A DNA stretch of 38,222 nucleotides. Source: a virus (Duplodnaviria; Caudoviricetes). The translations under genes and the position numbers were made by a program. Positions 16,190-24,828 of this stretch are shown in pieces. Each line of letters starts with the position of its first letter. Position 1 is the stretch's first letter. The notes under the pieces were generated by a model that searched no databases, was not told where the DNA came from, and worked only from the letters and a program-made list of their open reading frames with translations. The stretch spans positions 1 to 38,222 of IMG/VR virus record IMGVR_UViG_3300023218_000134; one strand, given 5' to 3'.

Positions 16190-18385
16190 ATGAACGCGCT
16201 CACCAAAGCCCTCGCCTCCGGTCTTGGCCAGGTGCTCGCTCCGATCCGCAGGATGCGGCATCCGGGGCAGCCGCTGGTCTTCAACCGGATGCTGAAGCGC
16301 ACGCAGTTCGATTACCGGCGCGAGGTCGGGGACGGGCTCGACAGCTCGGTCGTCACCGCGCCGATCATGTGGGTCCAGCGCGCCCTGCCCGAGGCGCGCC
16401 TGGCAATCCGGGAGACGAAGGCGGACGGTTCAAAAGAGGACCTGGAAGATCACGAGCTGCTAGAGCTGATCCAGAACCCCAATCCGTTCTATGGCGACAT
16501 CGCTTTGTGGGGCGCGATCATCCTGTCCTTCCTGATCGCGGGCAACGCCTACCTCATCAAGGTGAGGAACGGCGCGCGCCGGGTGACCGAATTGTGGTGG
16601 GTGCCATGGTGGATGATCGAGCCCAAGGCGCCGATCGATGGCAGCGACTTCATCGCATATTACGAATACACGCCGGGCACCGGAGAGGGGCGCTTCCCGC
16701 TCGATCCGGACGACGTGATCCATTTTCGCAACGGCATCGATCCGCACAACCTCATGAAGGGCCTCTCGCCGATCGGCGGGGTGATCCGCGAGATCTTCAC
16801 CGACCTCGAAGCCAGCAATTTCGTCGCCAGCCTGCTCCGGAACATGGGCGTGCCCGGCGTCGTCATCAGCCCCAAGGGCGGCGCGATGCCGGCGAGCGAG
16901 GACGTCGAGGCGACCAAGATCTGGTTCAAGCAGGCCTTCGGCGGCGACCAGCGCGGCGCGCCGCTGGTGATGGGCGCGCCGACAGAAGTTTCGAGCTACG
17001 GCTTCGATCCCAAGGCGATGGACCTTTCCGAGGGCCGCGACGTCGCCGAGGAGCGCGTGTGCGCCTGCATCGGCATTCCGGCGGCTGTCGTCGGTTTCGG
17101 CGCGGGGCTGCAGCAGACCAAGGTCGGCGCGACGATGGAGGAGCTGCGAAAGCTCGCCTGGCACAACGGCGTCCTCCCGCTCGGCCGCCAGCTGGTCGAC
17201 GAGATCCAGCGCTCGCTGCTGCCCGATTTCCAGCGCGGCGCGCAATCGGGCCGCCGGCTCGAGCTTTACTGGAACACCGACGACGTGCTCGCCCTGCAGG
17301 AGGACGAGAACAAGCAGACCGAGCGCAAGCTCAAGGAATTCGAAGCCGGCGCGATCACGCTGTGGGACTATCTCAACGAAACCGGGCGCGAGGCGGGGGA
17401 TCGCCATCGCTATTACCTGCGCGCGTTCAACCGGATCGAGGTGCCCGAGGCCGAGGCTGGGAAAATGCGTGCTGCTCGCCCCGCTTCCTCGCTGCCCGAG
17501 CCCGAGCCCGAGCCCGAGCCCGAACCCGGATCGAAGGCCCTGCCACCGCCGCAGCTCAAGCACTCGGAGGACTGGCTGCCCGAGGACGCGGGCGAGGCCA
17601 GCCCCGAGGCGATCGCGCGCGGAGAGCGCTTCGTGGAAATGTTGCGGCGGCAGGAAGGCGGCCTCTCGGCGGCATTCGAGGCGGCGCTGAGGCCGCTGTT
17701 CGAAAGCTGGGGCGACATCGCCGGGCGGATCGGTCGCGACGTGCTCCAGGCGAGCGGCTTCAAGGCCGGCGAGCTGGGCGAGACCAAGGCCGCGCCCGAT
17801 CGCAACGACCCGATCGTGCGCCAGGTGATCGAGCTGCTCAACACCGAAGCCTGGCGCGCGCAGCTTTCCTCCAAATACCAGGCGCAGTATCTGGCGATCG
17901 CGCGCGAAGTCGCCGAAGCGATCGAGCAGTCGGGCTTCGCGACCGGCATCCCCGATCCGGTGATGCGCCAGATCATCGCCGAGGGCGGGACGCGCGCCGG
18001 GCTGGTCGACGTGAGCGAACAGACCCGCGCCGCGATCTTCGCCGCGCTGGCCGAGGGACGCGCCGAGGGCGAAGGGGCGCAGGCCCTCGCCAACCGGATC
18101 GCCAACCACGTCGAGGGCGGGCGCTGGGGGAATGCCGAGACGCGCGCCAGGGTGATCGCGCGGACCGAGACCAAGCACGCGCAGAACCTTTCGACGATCG
18201 CGGCGGCGCGGGCGAACGGCGTCATGCAGATGGTGGTGTTCGACGGCCGCTTCGGCGAACCGCGATCCGAACTCAGCCACATCGCGCGCGACGGCAAGAT
18301 CGTCTCGATCGAGGCCGCGCAGATCATGACCGAGAACATGCGGCCGAACTGCACGCTGAGCTTCGCGCCGCATTTTGGATTGTAG
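16190..18385 (+). CDS. HK97-family portal fused to a MuF/SPP1 gp7-like head morphogenesis domain
   Basis: Portal motifs LLELIQNPNP, GNAY, DVIHFR and GLSPI; a PEPEPE linker; C-terminal RARVIARTET...RPNCT. Confidence 0.88.
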   Translation: MNALTKALASGLGQVLAPIRRMRHPGQPLVFNRMLKRTQFDYRREVGDGLDSSVVTAPIMWVQRALPEARLAIRETKADGSKEDLEDHELLELIQNPNPFYGDIALWGAIILSFLIAGNAYLIKVRNGARRVTELWWVPWWMIEPKAPIDGSDFIAYYEYTPGTGEGRFPLDPDDVIHFRNGIDPHNLMKGLSPIGGVIREIFTDLEASNFVASLLRNMGVPGVVISPKGGAMPASEDVEATKIWFKQAFGGDQRGAPLVMGAPTEVSSYGFDPKAMDLSEGRDVAEERVCACIGIPAAVVGFGAGLQQTKVGATMEELRKLAWHNGVLPLGRQLVDEIQRSLLPDFQRGAQSGRRLELYWNTDDVLALQEDENKQTERKLKEFEAGAITLWDYLNETGREAGDRHRYYLRAFNRIEVPEAEAGKMRAARPASSLPEPEPEPEPEPGSKALPPPQLKHSEDWLPEDAGEASPEAIARGERFVEMLRRQEGGLSAAFEAALRPLFESWGDIAGRIGRDVLQASGFKAGELGETKAAPDRNDPIVRQVIELLNTEAWRAQLSSKYQAQYLAIAREVAEAIEQSGFATGIPDPVMRQIIAEGGTRAGLVDVSEQTRAAIFAALAEGRAEGEGAQALANRIANHVEGGRWGNAETRARVIARTETKHAQNLSTIAAARANGVMQMVVFDGRFGEPRSELSHIARDGKIVSIEAAQIMTENMRPNCTLSFAPHFGL
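17495..17530 (+). repeat. (CCCGAG)n hexamer repeat encoding the PE linker
   Basis: CCCGAG x4 followed by CCCGAA and CCCGGA. Confidence 0.85.
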
Positions 18386-18395
18386 GAGAAGAACG

Positions 18396-18596
18396 ATGAA
18401 TGCTGAAAAACTGCGCTGGGCAGCGCACGAGACCAAGGCCCAGGCCGAAAAGCTGATCGACGACGTGCGTGCCAGGAACTGCGGCGCCGGCGGCCTTGCC
18501 ACGGCCGCGGAGGCGCTGCGCGATTACCGCACCTTCGTCAGCGAGGCGAACCTCGCCGGGCTGACCACCGAACCGGAGACCTCCGATGCAGACTAA
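18396..18596 (+). CDS. Hypothetical protein
   Basis: AGGAG RBS before the ATG at 18396. Confidence 0.6.
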   Translation: MNAEKLRWAAHETKAQAEKLIDDVRARNCGAGGLATAAEALRDYRTFVSEANLAGLTTEPETSDAD

Positions 18597-19296
18597 GAAC
18601 CTGACCGTCACCGACATGGACGATGCGGGCAAGGGGCTGGCCGTGCTGGCCGACATGAGCGCAGTCGATCACGACGGCGATGGCTACGAAGCCGGGGCGT
18701 TCGCCTGGAAGGGCGATCAATGGTGCCCGTTGCTCACCGCGCATGATCGCTGGGCCATGCCGTTCGGCAAGGCGCGGGTCTACGAGGAGGGCGACAAGGC
18801 CTACGCCGAGCTGCACCTCAACCTCGAGACCCAGACCGGACGCGAATGGCATTCGGCGTTGAAGTTCGACCTTGCGAGGGGGCAGTCGGTTCAGGAATGG
18901 AGCTACGGCTACGAGGTCATCGAAGCCGAGGACCAGATCGGCGATGGCCAATGGAAGCGCAAGCTCAAGAAGGTCAACGTGTATGAGGTCAGCACGGTGG
19001 TGCGCGGCGCGGGTTCCGGCACCCGGACGATCGCGATGAAGAACCTCAAGGCCGCGCTGAAGGAGGGCGAGTTCGATGCGCTGATCGGTGGCCTCGGCGA
19101 AATGGCCGGGGCGCTGGAGGCCAATCCCGGCCTGCTTTCGGCCACCGGGCGCAAGCAGCTCGGCGAGATCCACGCAGCGCTGGGCAAGGCGCTGGTCGAT
19201 CCGGCCGAGGCGGAGGCGAAAGCGCGCGCCGCGATCGAGAGCGAGATCGCCCGCAACCTGACCCGCAATGCCCGTCGGCGCGTCGGCGCGCTGTAA
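18586..19296 (+). CDS. HK97-type prohead protease
   Basis: VDHDGD...GAF, LLTAHD..PFG, WSYGY and VYEVSTVVRGA. Confidence 0.88.
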   Translation: MQTKNLTVTDMDDAGKGLAVLADMSAVDHDGDGYEAGAFAWKGDQWCPLLTAHDRWAMPFGKARVYEEGDKAYAELHLNLETQTGREWHSALKFDLARGQSVQEWSYGYEVIEAEDQIGDGQWKRKLKKVNVYEVSTVVRGAGSGTRTIAMKNLKAALKEGEFDALIGGLGEMAGALEANPGLLSATGRKQLGEIHAALGKALVDPAEAEAKARAAIESEIARNLTRNARRRVGAL

Positions 19297-19416
19297 AGCG
19301 CCAGAATGGTCGAAAAGGCCTTTTGGCCCCATCGGGTCGAACGAGCGCGGCGACCCGGCCCTTAGAGGCCTTAATTGACGCTCAGCGGCAAATTCGTTCG
19401 AGGTTGGCGGTCCGGT

Positions 19417-19791
19417 TCACCCGCAGGGCGTGACCGGGCCGCGATATCGCTCTGCAAGACCCTCTTCGACGAGCCGGGTTCCGGCATCGATCCCGCCGGC
19501 CTCGATCCGGGCGAGCGTGCGGCCGTAGCAATCGGTCCCGACCCGCTCGATCGCGATCCGCCGCGCGCCGATCAGTGCGACCATGCGCGTGCGCGCTGCG
19601 GTGGCGCGGCGGCGTTCGGCCGGGTCGGTCGTGTCGAGCTCGGGCGCGTCGATCGCGGCGATGCGGATCTTCTCGCCTTCCCATCAGATCGTATCGCCAT
19701 CGTGCACGCAGTGGGCGCGTGGTTCGGGTGGCGGCGGGCAGACGGCGATGGCGGCGGCGGATGCGAGAGCGAGAGTGGGAGCGAGCAGCAT
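19417..19791 (-). pseudogene. Secreted thermonuclease (SNase) interrupted by an in-frame TGA at 19684-19686
   Basis: Signal peptide + CVHDGDTI*WEGEKIRIAAIDAPE...DCYGRTLA...LVEEGLA, all in one frame. Confidence 0.85.
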
Positions 19792-19876
19792 GCGGAAGGC
19801 CCTAGCGCATTCGGTTTGCGAAATCGAGCGGTCCGGGCTAAGCCTGCGGCCTTCCCGAAGCCCCGCCCGATGCCCG

Positions 19877-19923
19877 CCCTGAACGCGTTCAGGGGCGCAG
19901 CCGGTGCGCGCAGCCTTCATACG
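19877..19923 (+). promoter_or_regulatory. Late promoter 2 (capsid operon)
   Basis: 28-bp exact copy of the late promoter 1 element, with an equidistant CAT-starting hexamer. Confidence 0.8.
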
Positions 19924-19977
19924 AACTCCACCGATTTCGGTCCGGCACGGGAGCCGGACGCTCGATGGAGAAAACGA

Positions 19978-21303
19978 ATGTCCGATGTGAAGACGCTGAC
20001 GCTGAAGGAAGGGCAGGAAAAGCTCGCCGATCGGCAGGAGAAAATGGCCAAGGTGGTGGCTGAGGCCAAGCAGGACGACGGCAGTCTGGACTTCAACAAG
20101 GTCACCTGCCTCGGTTCCGATGTGAAGGGCTCGATCGCGGTCGCCGAGAAGTTCAAGGCGATGAACGACGAGGCCGACGAGATCGGCCGTCACGTCGAGA
20201 CGCTGGTCGCCGCCGAGAAGGCCGCGAGCGATCACGATCGCCGCGAAAAGGGCATCCGCAACTTCCCGCTTCCCGGTGCCGGCGGCCAGAAAGGCCAGCC
20301 CGCGAACCAGATGCAGTTCAAGTCGCTCGGCGAGCAGGCGGTCGAAAGCAAGTCGTTCAAGGACTGGCAGCAGAATGGCGGCGAGGGCGTCAAGCTGCGC
20401 CTCGACGATGCGATGCCGTCCGATTTCCTCGGCCAGGCCAAGAGCTTCGCGACGATCGGCAACAAGGCGCTGATGTCGACCACGGCGGGTTTCGCACCCG
20501 AAAGCATCCGCCTGCCCGGTTTCGTCGAAGCTGCGACCCGCCCGATCCAACTGCTCGACATTCTCCCGACCGGATCGACCGGCCAGGAGGCGGTCAAGTT
20601 CATGGAAGAGACGACACGCACGCACGGCGCGGCCGAGCGGGCCGAGGCTGCCGCCTTCGCCGAAAGCGCGTTCGCCTTCACCGAGCGCAACACGCCGGTC
20701 CAGAAGATCACTGACAGCGTGCCGGTGACCGACGAGCAGCTCGAGGACGCCGCGCTGATCGAAAGCTACATCAACGGCCGGCTCGCCTTCGGAGTGCGCC
20801 AGCGGCTCGACCAGCAGTGCCTGATCGGCGATGGCGCGGCACCGAACCTGCGCGGCATCCTCAACACGCCGGGGATCCAGACCCGGGTGAAGGGCGGCGA
20901 TCCGGTGATGAATGCGATCTACAAGGCGATGACCGATATTCGCCTGGTGGGCCGCGCCATGCCGACCCACACCAACATGCACCCGCTCGACTGGCAGAAC
21001 ATCCGCCTGACCCGCACCTCCGACGGCGTCTACATCTTCGGCGCGCCGACCGAGGCGGGGCCGGAGCGGCTGTGGGGCCTGCCGGTGATCCAGAACGATG
21101 CGCTCGCCGAAGGCACCGCGCTGGTCGGCAGCTTCCAGCCAGCCTGGATCATGCTGTTCGAGCGGCGCGGGATCGACATCCAGGTCGGTTTCGTCGCAAC
21201 CCAGTTCACGCAGGGCCTGCGCACGGTGCGCGCCGACATGCGCGGTGCGCTGGCGGTGTTCCGTCCCGCCGCGTTCCACGCCGTCACCGGCCTCAACGCC
21301 TGA
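19978..21303 (+). CDS. HK97-fold major capsid protein with an N-terminal delta/scaffold domain
   Basis: GGAG RBS and a coiled-coil N-terminus, followed by ERAEAAAFAES, VQKITDSVPVTDEQLED, GDGAAPNLRGIL, LWGLPVI and VFRPAAF. Confidence 0.93.
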   Translation: MSDVKTLTLKEGQEKLADRQEKMAKVVAEAKQDDGSLDFNKVTCLGSDVKGSIAVAEKFKAMNDEADEIGRHVETLVAAEKAASDHDRREKGIRNFPLPGAGGQKGQPANQMQFKSLGEQAVESKSFKDWQQNGGEGVKLRLDDAMPSDFLGQAKSFATIGNKALMSTTAGFAPESIRLPGFVEAATRPIQLLDILPTGSTGQEAVKFMEETTRTHGAAERAEAAAFAESAFAFTERNTPVQKITDSVPVTDEQLEDAALIESYINGRLAFGVRQRLDQQCLIGDGAAPNLRGILNTPGIQTRVKGGDPVMNAIYKAMTDIRLVGRAMPTHTNMHPLDWQNIRLTRTSDGVYIFGAPTEAGPERLWGLPVIQNDALAEGTALVGSFQPAWIMLFERRGIDIQVGFVATQFTQGLRTVRADMRGALAVFRPAAFHAVTGLNA

Positions 21304-21313
21304 TCTCTCCCAT

Positions 21314-21384
21314 CCGGCCGGATCGCAAGCCCGGCCGGACGAACTTGCGGGGCCGGTTCCGACCCGACCCGGTCCCGCCCTTTT
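21314..21384 (+). terminator. Hairpins / probable partial terminator after the capsid gene
   Basis: CCGGCCGG...CCGGCCGG stem, then GCGGGGCCGG...CCGGTCCCGC followed by CCTTTT. Confidence 0.5.
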
Positions 21385-21448
21385 CCAGCGGCTTTCGCGT
21401 CCACCGCGCGAGCCGCTCGAAAAGGCCACCAGCAGGAGCGCTTTCACC

Positions 21449-21715
21449 ATGCCCACGATTTCCGGTTTTCCCAGACCGATCAGCACCGCGATCGTCCCCG
21501 GCGCCCCCGCCGGCAGCCACGACGTGCCCGGCGCGCTTGCCGCGGGCGACACGCTGCTCGCGGTGACGCGGGTCACCGACGCCGATCCCCCGGTCGCCAG
21601 CGACCTCACCGCCGAATTCTCGATCCCCGCGAGCACCGCGAAGACGATCGACAATGCGGCCGGCACCGACACCAGCGGCGACTTCCTGGTCGTCACCTGG
21701 GCCAAAGGAGAATGA
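21449..21715 (+). CDS. Small virion protein (putative head decoration)
   Basis: AGGAG RBS; A/G/T/V-rich and beta-rich; follows the MCP gene. Confidence 0.6.
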   Translation: MPTISGFPRPISTAIVPGAPAGSHDVPGALAAGDTLLAVTRVTDADPPVASDLTAEFSIPASTAKTIDNAAGTDTSGDFLVVTWAKGE

Positions 21716-22233
21716 CGATGAGCAAGAACCAGATCTGCGCCGAACGGCTGTTCCTCACCGAGGACAAGAGCGAGCTGCGCCGCGAGGGCGAGGACGGCGC
21801 GCGCTTCCTCTACGCCAGCGTGGGCGACGAGATCCCGGCCAGCGCCTGCGAGCGCTTCGGCATCGAGGGAGGCAAGCTGAAGGGCGAAGGCAAGGCGAAG
21901 AAGGTGCCTGCCAACAAGGAGCGCCCCGCGCCTGCGAACAAAAGCGCGCCGGTGCCCGAAGGCAAGGTGCCGCAGGATCGCAACCACGCGGGCGATCCGG
22001 GGTCGACCAACCCGGCGATCGATGCCGGCAAGGATCCCGAAGCGGCCATCACCGACATTACCGACATCGCCGGGATCGGACCTGCGACGGCGAAGGCTCT
22101 GGCGGATGCCGGCATTGCCGATGTCGCCACGCTGGCCGCCATCGACCCGGCCAACGCGCCTGCGATCGAAGGTCTCGCTTCCGGCTTCGACTGGGCCGAG
22201 GCCGTTGCTGCGGCGAAAGGCGGTGCGGCATGA
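21712..22233 (+). CDS. Helix-hairpin-helix domain protein in the head-tail region
   Basis: DITDIAGIGPATAKALADAGI HhH motif. Confidence 0.7.
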   Translation: MTMSKNQICAERLFLTEDKSELRREGEDGARFLYASVGDEIPASACERFGIEGGKLKGEGKAKKVPANKERPAPANKSAPVPEGKVPQDRNHAGDPGSTNPAIDAGKDPEAAITDITDIAGIGPATAKALADAGIADVATLAAIDPANAPAIEGLASGFDWAEAVAAAKGGAA

Positions 22234-22463
22234 CGACGAGAGTCACCATCACCACGCACGACTGGCCGGTGAAGGTCAGCGGTTTTCCGCTCGATGATCG
22301 AGAACCGCTCGATGGCGGCGACTGGGCGGACCTGGGCGCTGTTCCGCCGAATTCGGGTCAGGACTTTCATGTCCATTCGGGTCAGGACATCCTCGTCCGC
22401 GAGCTGCCCGCCGAATGGGAGGGCGACGTGACCGGCGCCGCCCAGGTCGACGAGGCCGCCTGA
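22230..22463 (+). CDS. Hypothetical protein (MTTRVTITTHDWPV...)
   Basis: ATGA and TGATG coupling. Confidence 0.65.
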   Translation: MTTRVTITTHDWPVKVSGFPLDDREPLDGGDWADLGAVPPNSGQDFHVHSGQDILVRELPAEWEGDVTGAAQVDEAA

Positions 22464-23029
22464 TGGCGCTGCTCGACCGGGTCAAGGCGCGTACCGGGAG
22501 CGACCTCCCGGACGCCGAGCTCACGGCGATGATCGATGCGATCGGCGCCGAGCTCGATGCGCGTTTCGGTCCGGTCGGGCAGGCCACCGTCGAGATCGGC
22601 GATCCGAACGATCCGAGCTCGCGCTTCATGCGCAACCTGCGCCTGGTGCGCCCGGCCGATACGAACGAGCCGATCTCCATCGTCGAGCGCGATCCGGGCA
22701 ATACCGGGCAGGCGAGCGACGAGACCGAGTTGGCGGCGGGCGATTTCCGCGTCCTGCATGGCGGGCGAACGCTCCAGCGGCTCAGCCTCGGGCCGAACCC
22801 GGCGCAGTTCTGGGCGCCGATGGTCAGCGTCACCTACACGCCGGTCGCCAACCAGGCGGCGCGCGACGAGGCGACGATCAAGCTGATCCAGCTCGATCTT
22901 TCCTATCGCGGCGGTCTCAAGAGCGAGAAGGCCGGCGATTACGCCTTCACGCTGTCGGGCGACATGGCCGCCGATCGCGAGGCGATTTTGCAGACGCTGG
23001 AAGACCGGCGCGGGATGGTGCTGTCGTGA
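22463..23029 (+). CDS. Head-tail adaptor
   Basis: Position, plus LLDRVKARTGSDLPDAEL...KSEKAGDYAFT. Confidence 0.7.
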   Translation: MALLDRVKARTGSDLPDAELTAMIDAIGAELDARFGPVGQATVEIGDPNDPSSRFMRNLRLVRPADTNEPISIVERDPGNTGQASDETELAAGDFRVLHGGRTLQRLSLGPNPAQFWAPMVSVTYTPVANQAARDEATIKLIQLDLSYRGGLKSEKAGDYAFTLSGDMAADREAILQTLEDRRGMVLS

Positions 23030-23373
23030 TCGCCGGACGCCTCACCATGCGCGCGGCGGTGGAGCGCGATGTCGCGACGGGCAGCGATGCCTGGGGCGGC
23101 GAGCCTGCGCCCGAATTCGCGGTGATTCACACCGCTTTGCCGTGCTTCGTCTATTCGCGATCGAGCCGCGAGCTGGTCGACGGGGCAAAGACCGCGCTGA
23201 TCGAGGATCTGCGCGCGATGTTCTCGCTCACCGCCGACATCGCGGCCGAGGACGTCATTACCGCGGTCAGTGACCGCAGCGGCAATGTCCTGATTCCCGG
23301 CCGGCTGAAGGTCGAAGGGCCGGTGCAGCACAAGCACACCCACGTCGAAGCCGCACTCCAGAGGATCGGGTGA
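23026..23373 (+). CDS. Head closure/stopper protein
   Basis: Position and size, plus the SDAWGG motif. Confidence 0.65.
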   Translation: MIAGRLTMRAAVERDVATGSDAWGGEPAPEFAVIHTALPCFVYSRSSRELVDGAKTALIEDLRAMFSLTADIAAEDVITAVSDRSGNVLIPGRLKVEGPVQHKHTHVEAALQRIG

Positions 23374-23537
23374 TGGGAGGCCAGTCGCTCATCCACCACA
23401 CGGCAGGGTGTCTCGATTGCAGCGCCCAATGCGGTAGCCGCAACGCTCAGGCGTGGGCGCACAACCACGCGCGTCATCACGGCCACAAGGTCGAGCTGGC
23501 CCTGGGCTACGTGGTCTCGCCCGAAAGGATCGGGTGA
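23373..23537 (+). CDS. Small Cys/His Zn-finger protein (54 aa, not in the ORF track)
   Basis: MGGQSLIHHTAGCLDCSAQCGSRNAQAWAHNHARHHGHKVEL with TGATG coupling at both ends. Confidence 0.7.
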   Translation: MGGQSLIHHTAGCLDCSAQCGSRNAQAWAHNHARHHGHKVELALGYVVSPERIG

Positions 23538-23821
23538 TGGATGTCGTTGTGATTGAAGGCGCGACCCGGATCGTTGGCAAGAGCCAGGGCTACCTCGGCC
23601 TCCCGATCCGCGATGAACAGATTGAGTGCTCGGTGAACGGCTCTCGCACACCGGCGATGATGACCGCCTGGAAGCCGACGGCAGACAAGCTCGCCGCGCT
23701 CAATGCAGGTGCGTCAGTTCATGTTCGCATTTTGGGGCAAGTTCCACCGCCGATGATGGTTTTGGTCGGGCCGGCCCCCGAGCCGCTCCCGGATCTTCCC
23801 GAGTTTCTCGCCAATGAGTAA
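23537..23821 (+). CDS. Conserved phage hypothetical protein
   Basis: IEGATRIVGKSQGYLGLPIRD...MMTAWKPT..LAALNAGA. Confidence 0.7.
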   Translation: MDVVVIEGATRIVGKSQGYLGLPIRDEQIECSVNGSRTPAMMTAWKPTADKLAALNAGASVHVRILGQVPPPMMVLVGPAPEPLPDLPEFLANE

Positions 23822-24269
23822 GAGCCTCACCTGGAAGGGCGACGCACTCACCGCCAAGATGCGGCAGGCGCAGAAGCTCGGCGTCAACGCGACGATGTCG
23901 AAGGCCGTCCAGCACGCGAAGAACAACCACGCCTGGAAGAACCGCACCGGGATCCTCGAGGGCTCGCTCGATATCGTCAATTACGCTCGCGAAGTGCCCG
24001 GCGGGGTCGAGGGGCGCTGGGGATCGCAGGACGTCGTCTACGCGCTGATCCACGAGCTGGGCGGGACGATCGTGCCGAAGAAGGCTGCGGCGCTGGCGAT
24101 CCCGCAGCCGGACGGCTCTGTCCGCTTCGCCAAGAGCGTCACCATCCCGGCGCGGCCCTATCTCCGGCCCGCGGCCGATGCGGTCTATCCGCAGCTCGTC
24201 GCCAATGTGCGCAAGGCTTACGACCGGCTGAGCGGTGCTTCAGGCGCGCCTCAGGGGCGGCCGACATGA
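23814..24269 (+). CDS. Tail completion / neck protein (HK97 gp10 / Mu gpG-like)
   Basis: RTGILEGSL...YALIHELGG...IPARPYLRPA. Confidence 0.8.
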   Translation: MSKSLTWKGDALTAKMRQAQKLGVNATMSKAVQHAKNNHAWKNRTGILEGSLDIVNYAREVPGGVEGRWGSQDVVYALIHELGGTIVPKKAAALAIPQPDGSVRFAKSVTIPARPYLRPAADAVYPQLVANVRKAYDRLSGASGAPQGRPT

Positions 24270-24691
24270 GCGCGGCGGATCTGGAAAGCGGGTTGCGGGC
24301 CTTTCTGCTTGCCGATGCCGATGTCGCAGGGGCGAGCGGCGGGCGCGTCTTCGCAGGTGAACTGCCCGCGCGAGAGACCGGCGAGATGCCGCGCACCGCG
24401 ATCGTCATCCGCTCGAGCGGCGGAGCCTCGATCGCGGGCGAAGGCACGGCCGAGCACGATACGCGGCGGGTCGATCTCTTCGCCTACGGCGCGACCCCGC
24501 GCGAAGCCGGGCAGGTGATGGCGGACGCCGCGCTTGCCCTGAAGCGGCTGCGGCGCAGCGTTCACGATGGCGTCCTGCTGCACTGGGCGAACAGCGCGGG
24601 CGGCTCTGCCACCGGGCGCGAGCCGAACACCGAATGGCCGCGCGCCTTCCAGTCCTTCCAGATCTACCACGCGCTGGAGACGGTCGAATGA
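24266..24691 (+). CDS. Tail terminator protein
   Basis: LRAFLLADADVAGASGGRVF; located before the major tail gene. Confidence 0.7.
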   Translation: MSAADLESGLRAFLLADADVAGASGGRVFAGELPARETGEMPRTAIVIRSSGGASIAGEGTAEHDTRRVDLFAYGATPREAGQVMADAALALKRLRRSVHDGVLLHWANSAGGSATGREPNTEWPRAFQSFQIYHALETVE

Positions 24692-24828
24692 TGCCGCTCT
24701 CGACCCCGCTTTCCGGCAGCCAGGCCTACCCGCGCCGAGCCACCCGCGCCGCGACGATCCGACCGATGCTGCTCGCCACGACCGCGCTTTGCCGCCCCCT
24801 TCTTCCTTTCTGACCAGGAGCCACCAGA

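Noticed and set aside
24688-24828. Possible small ORF or RNA element before the major tail gene
   Set aside because: The translation is low-information and runs out of frame into the MTP gene, and no clear structure or copy of the late-promoter palindrome is present.
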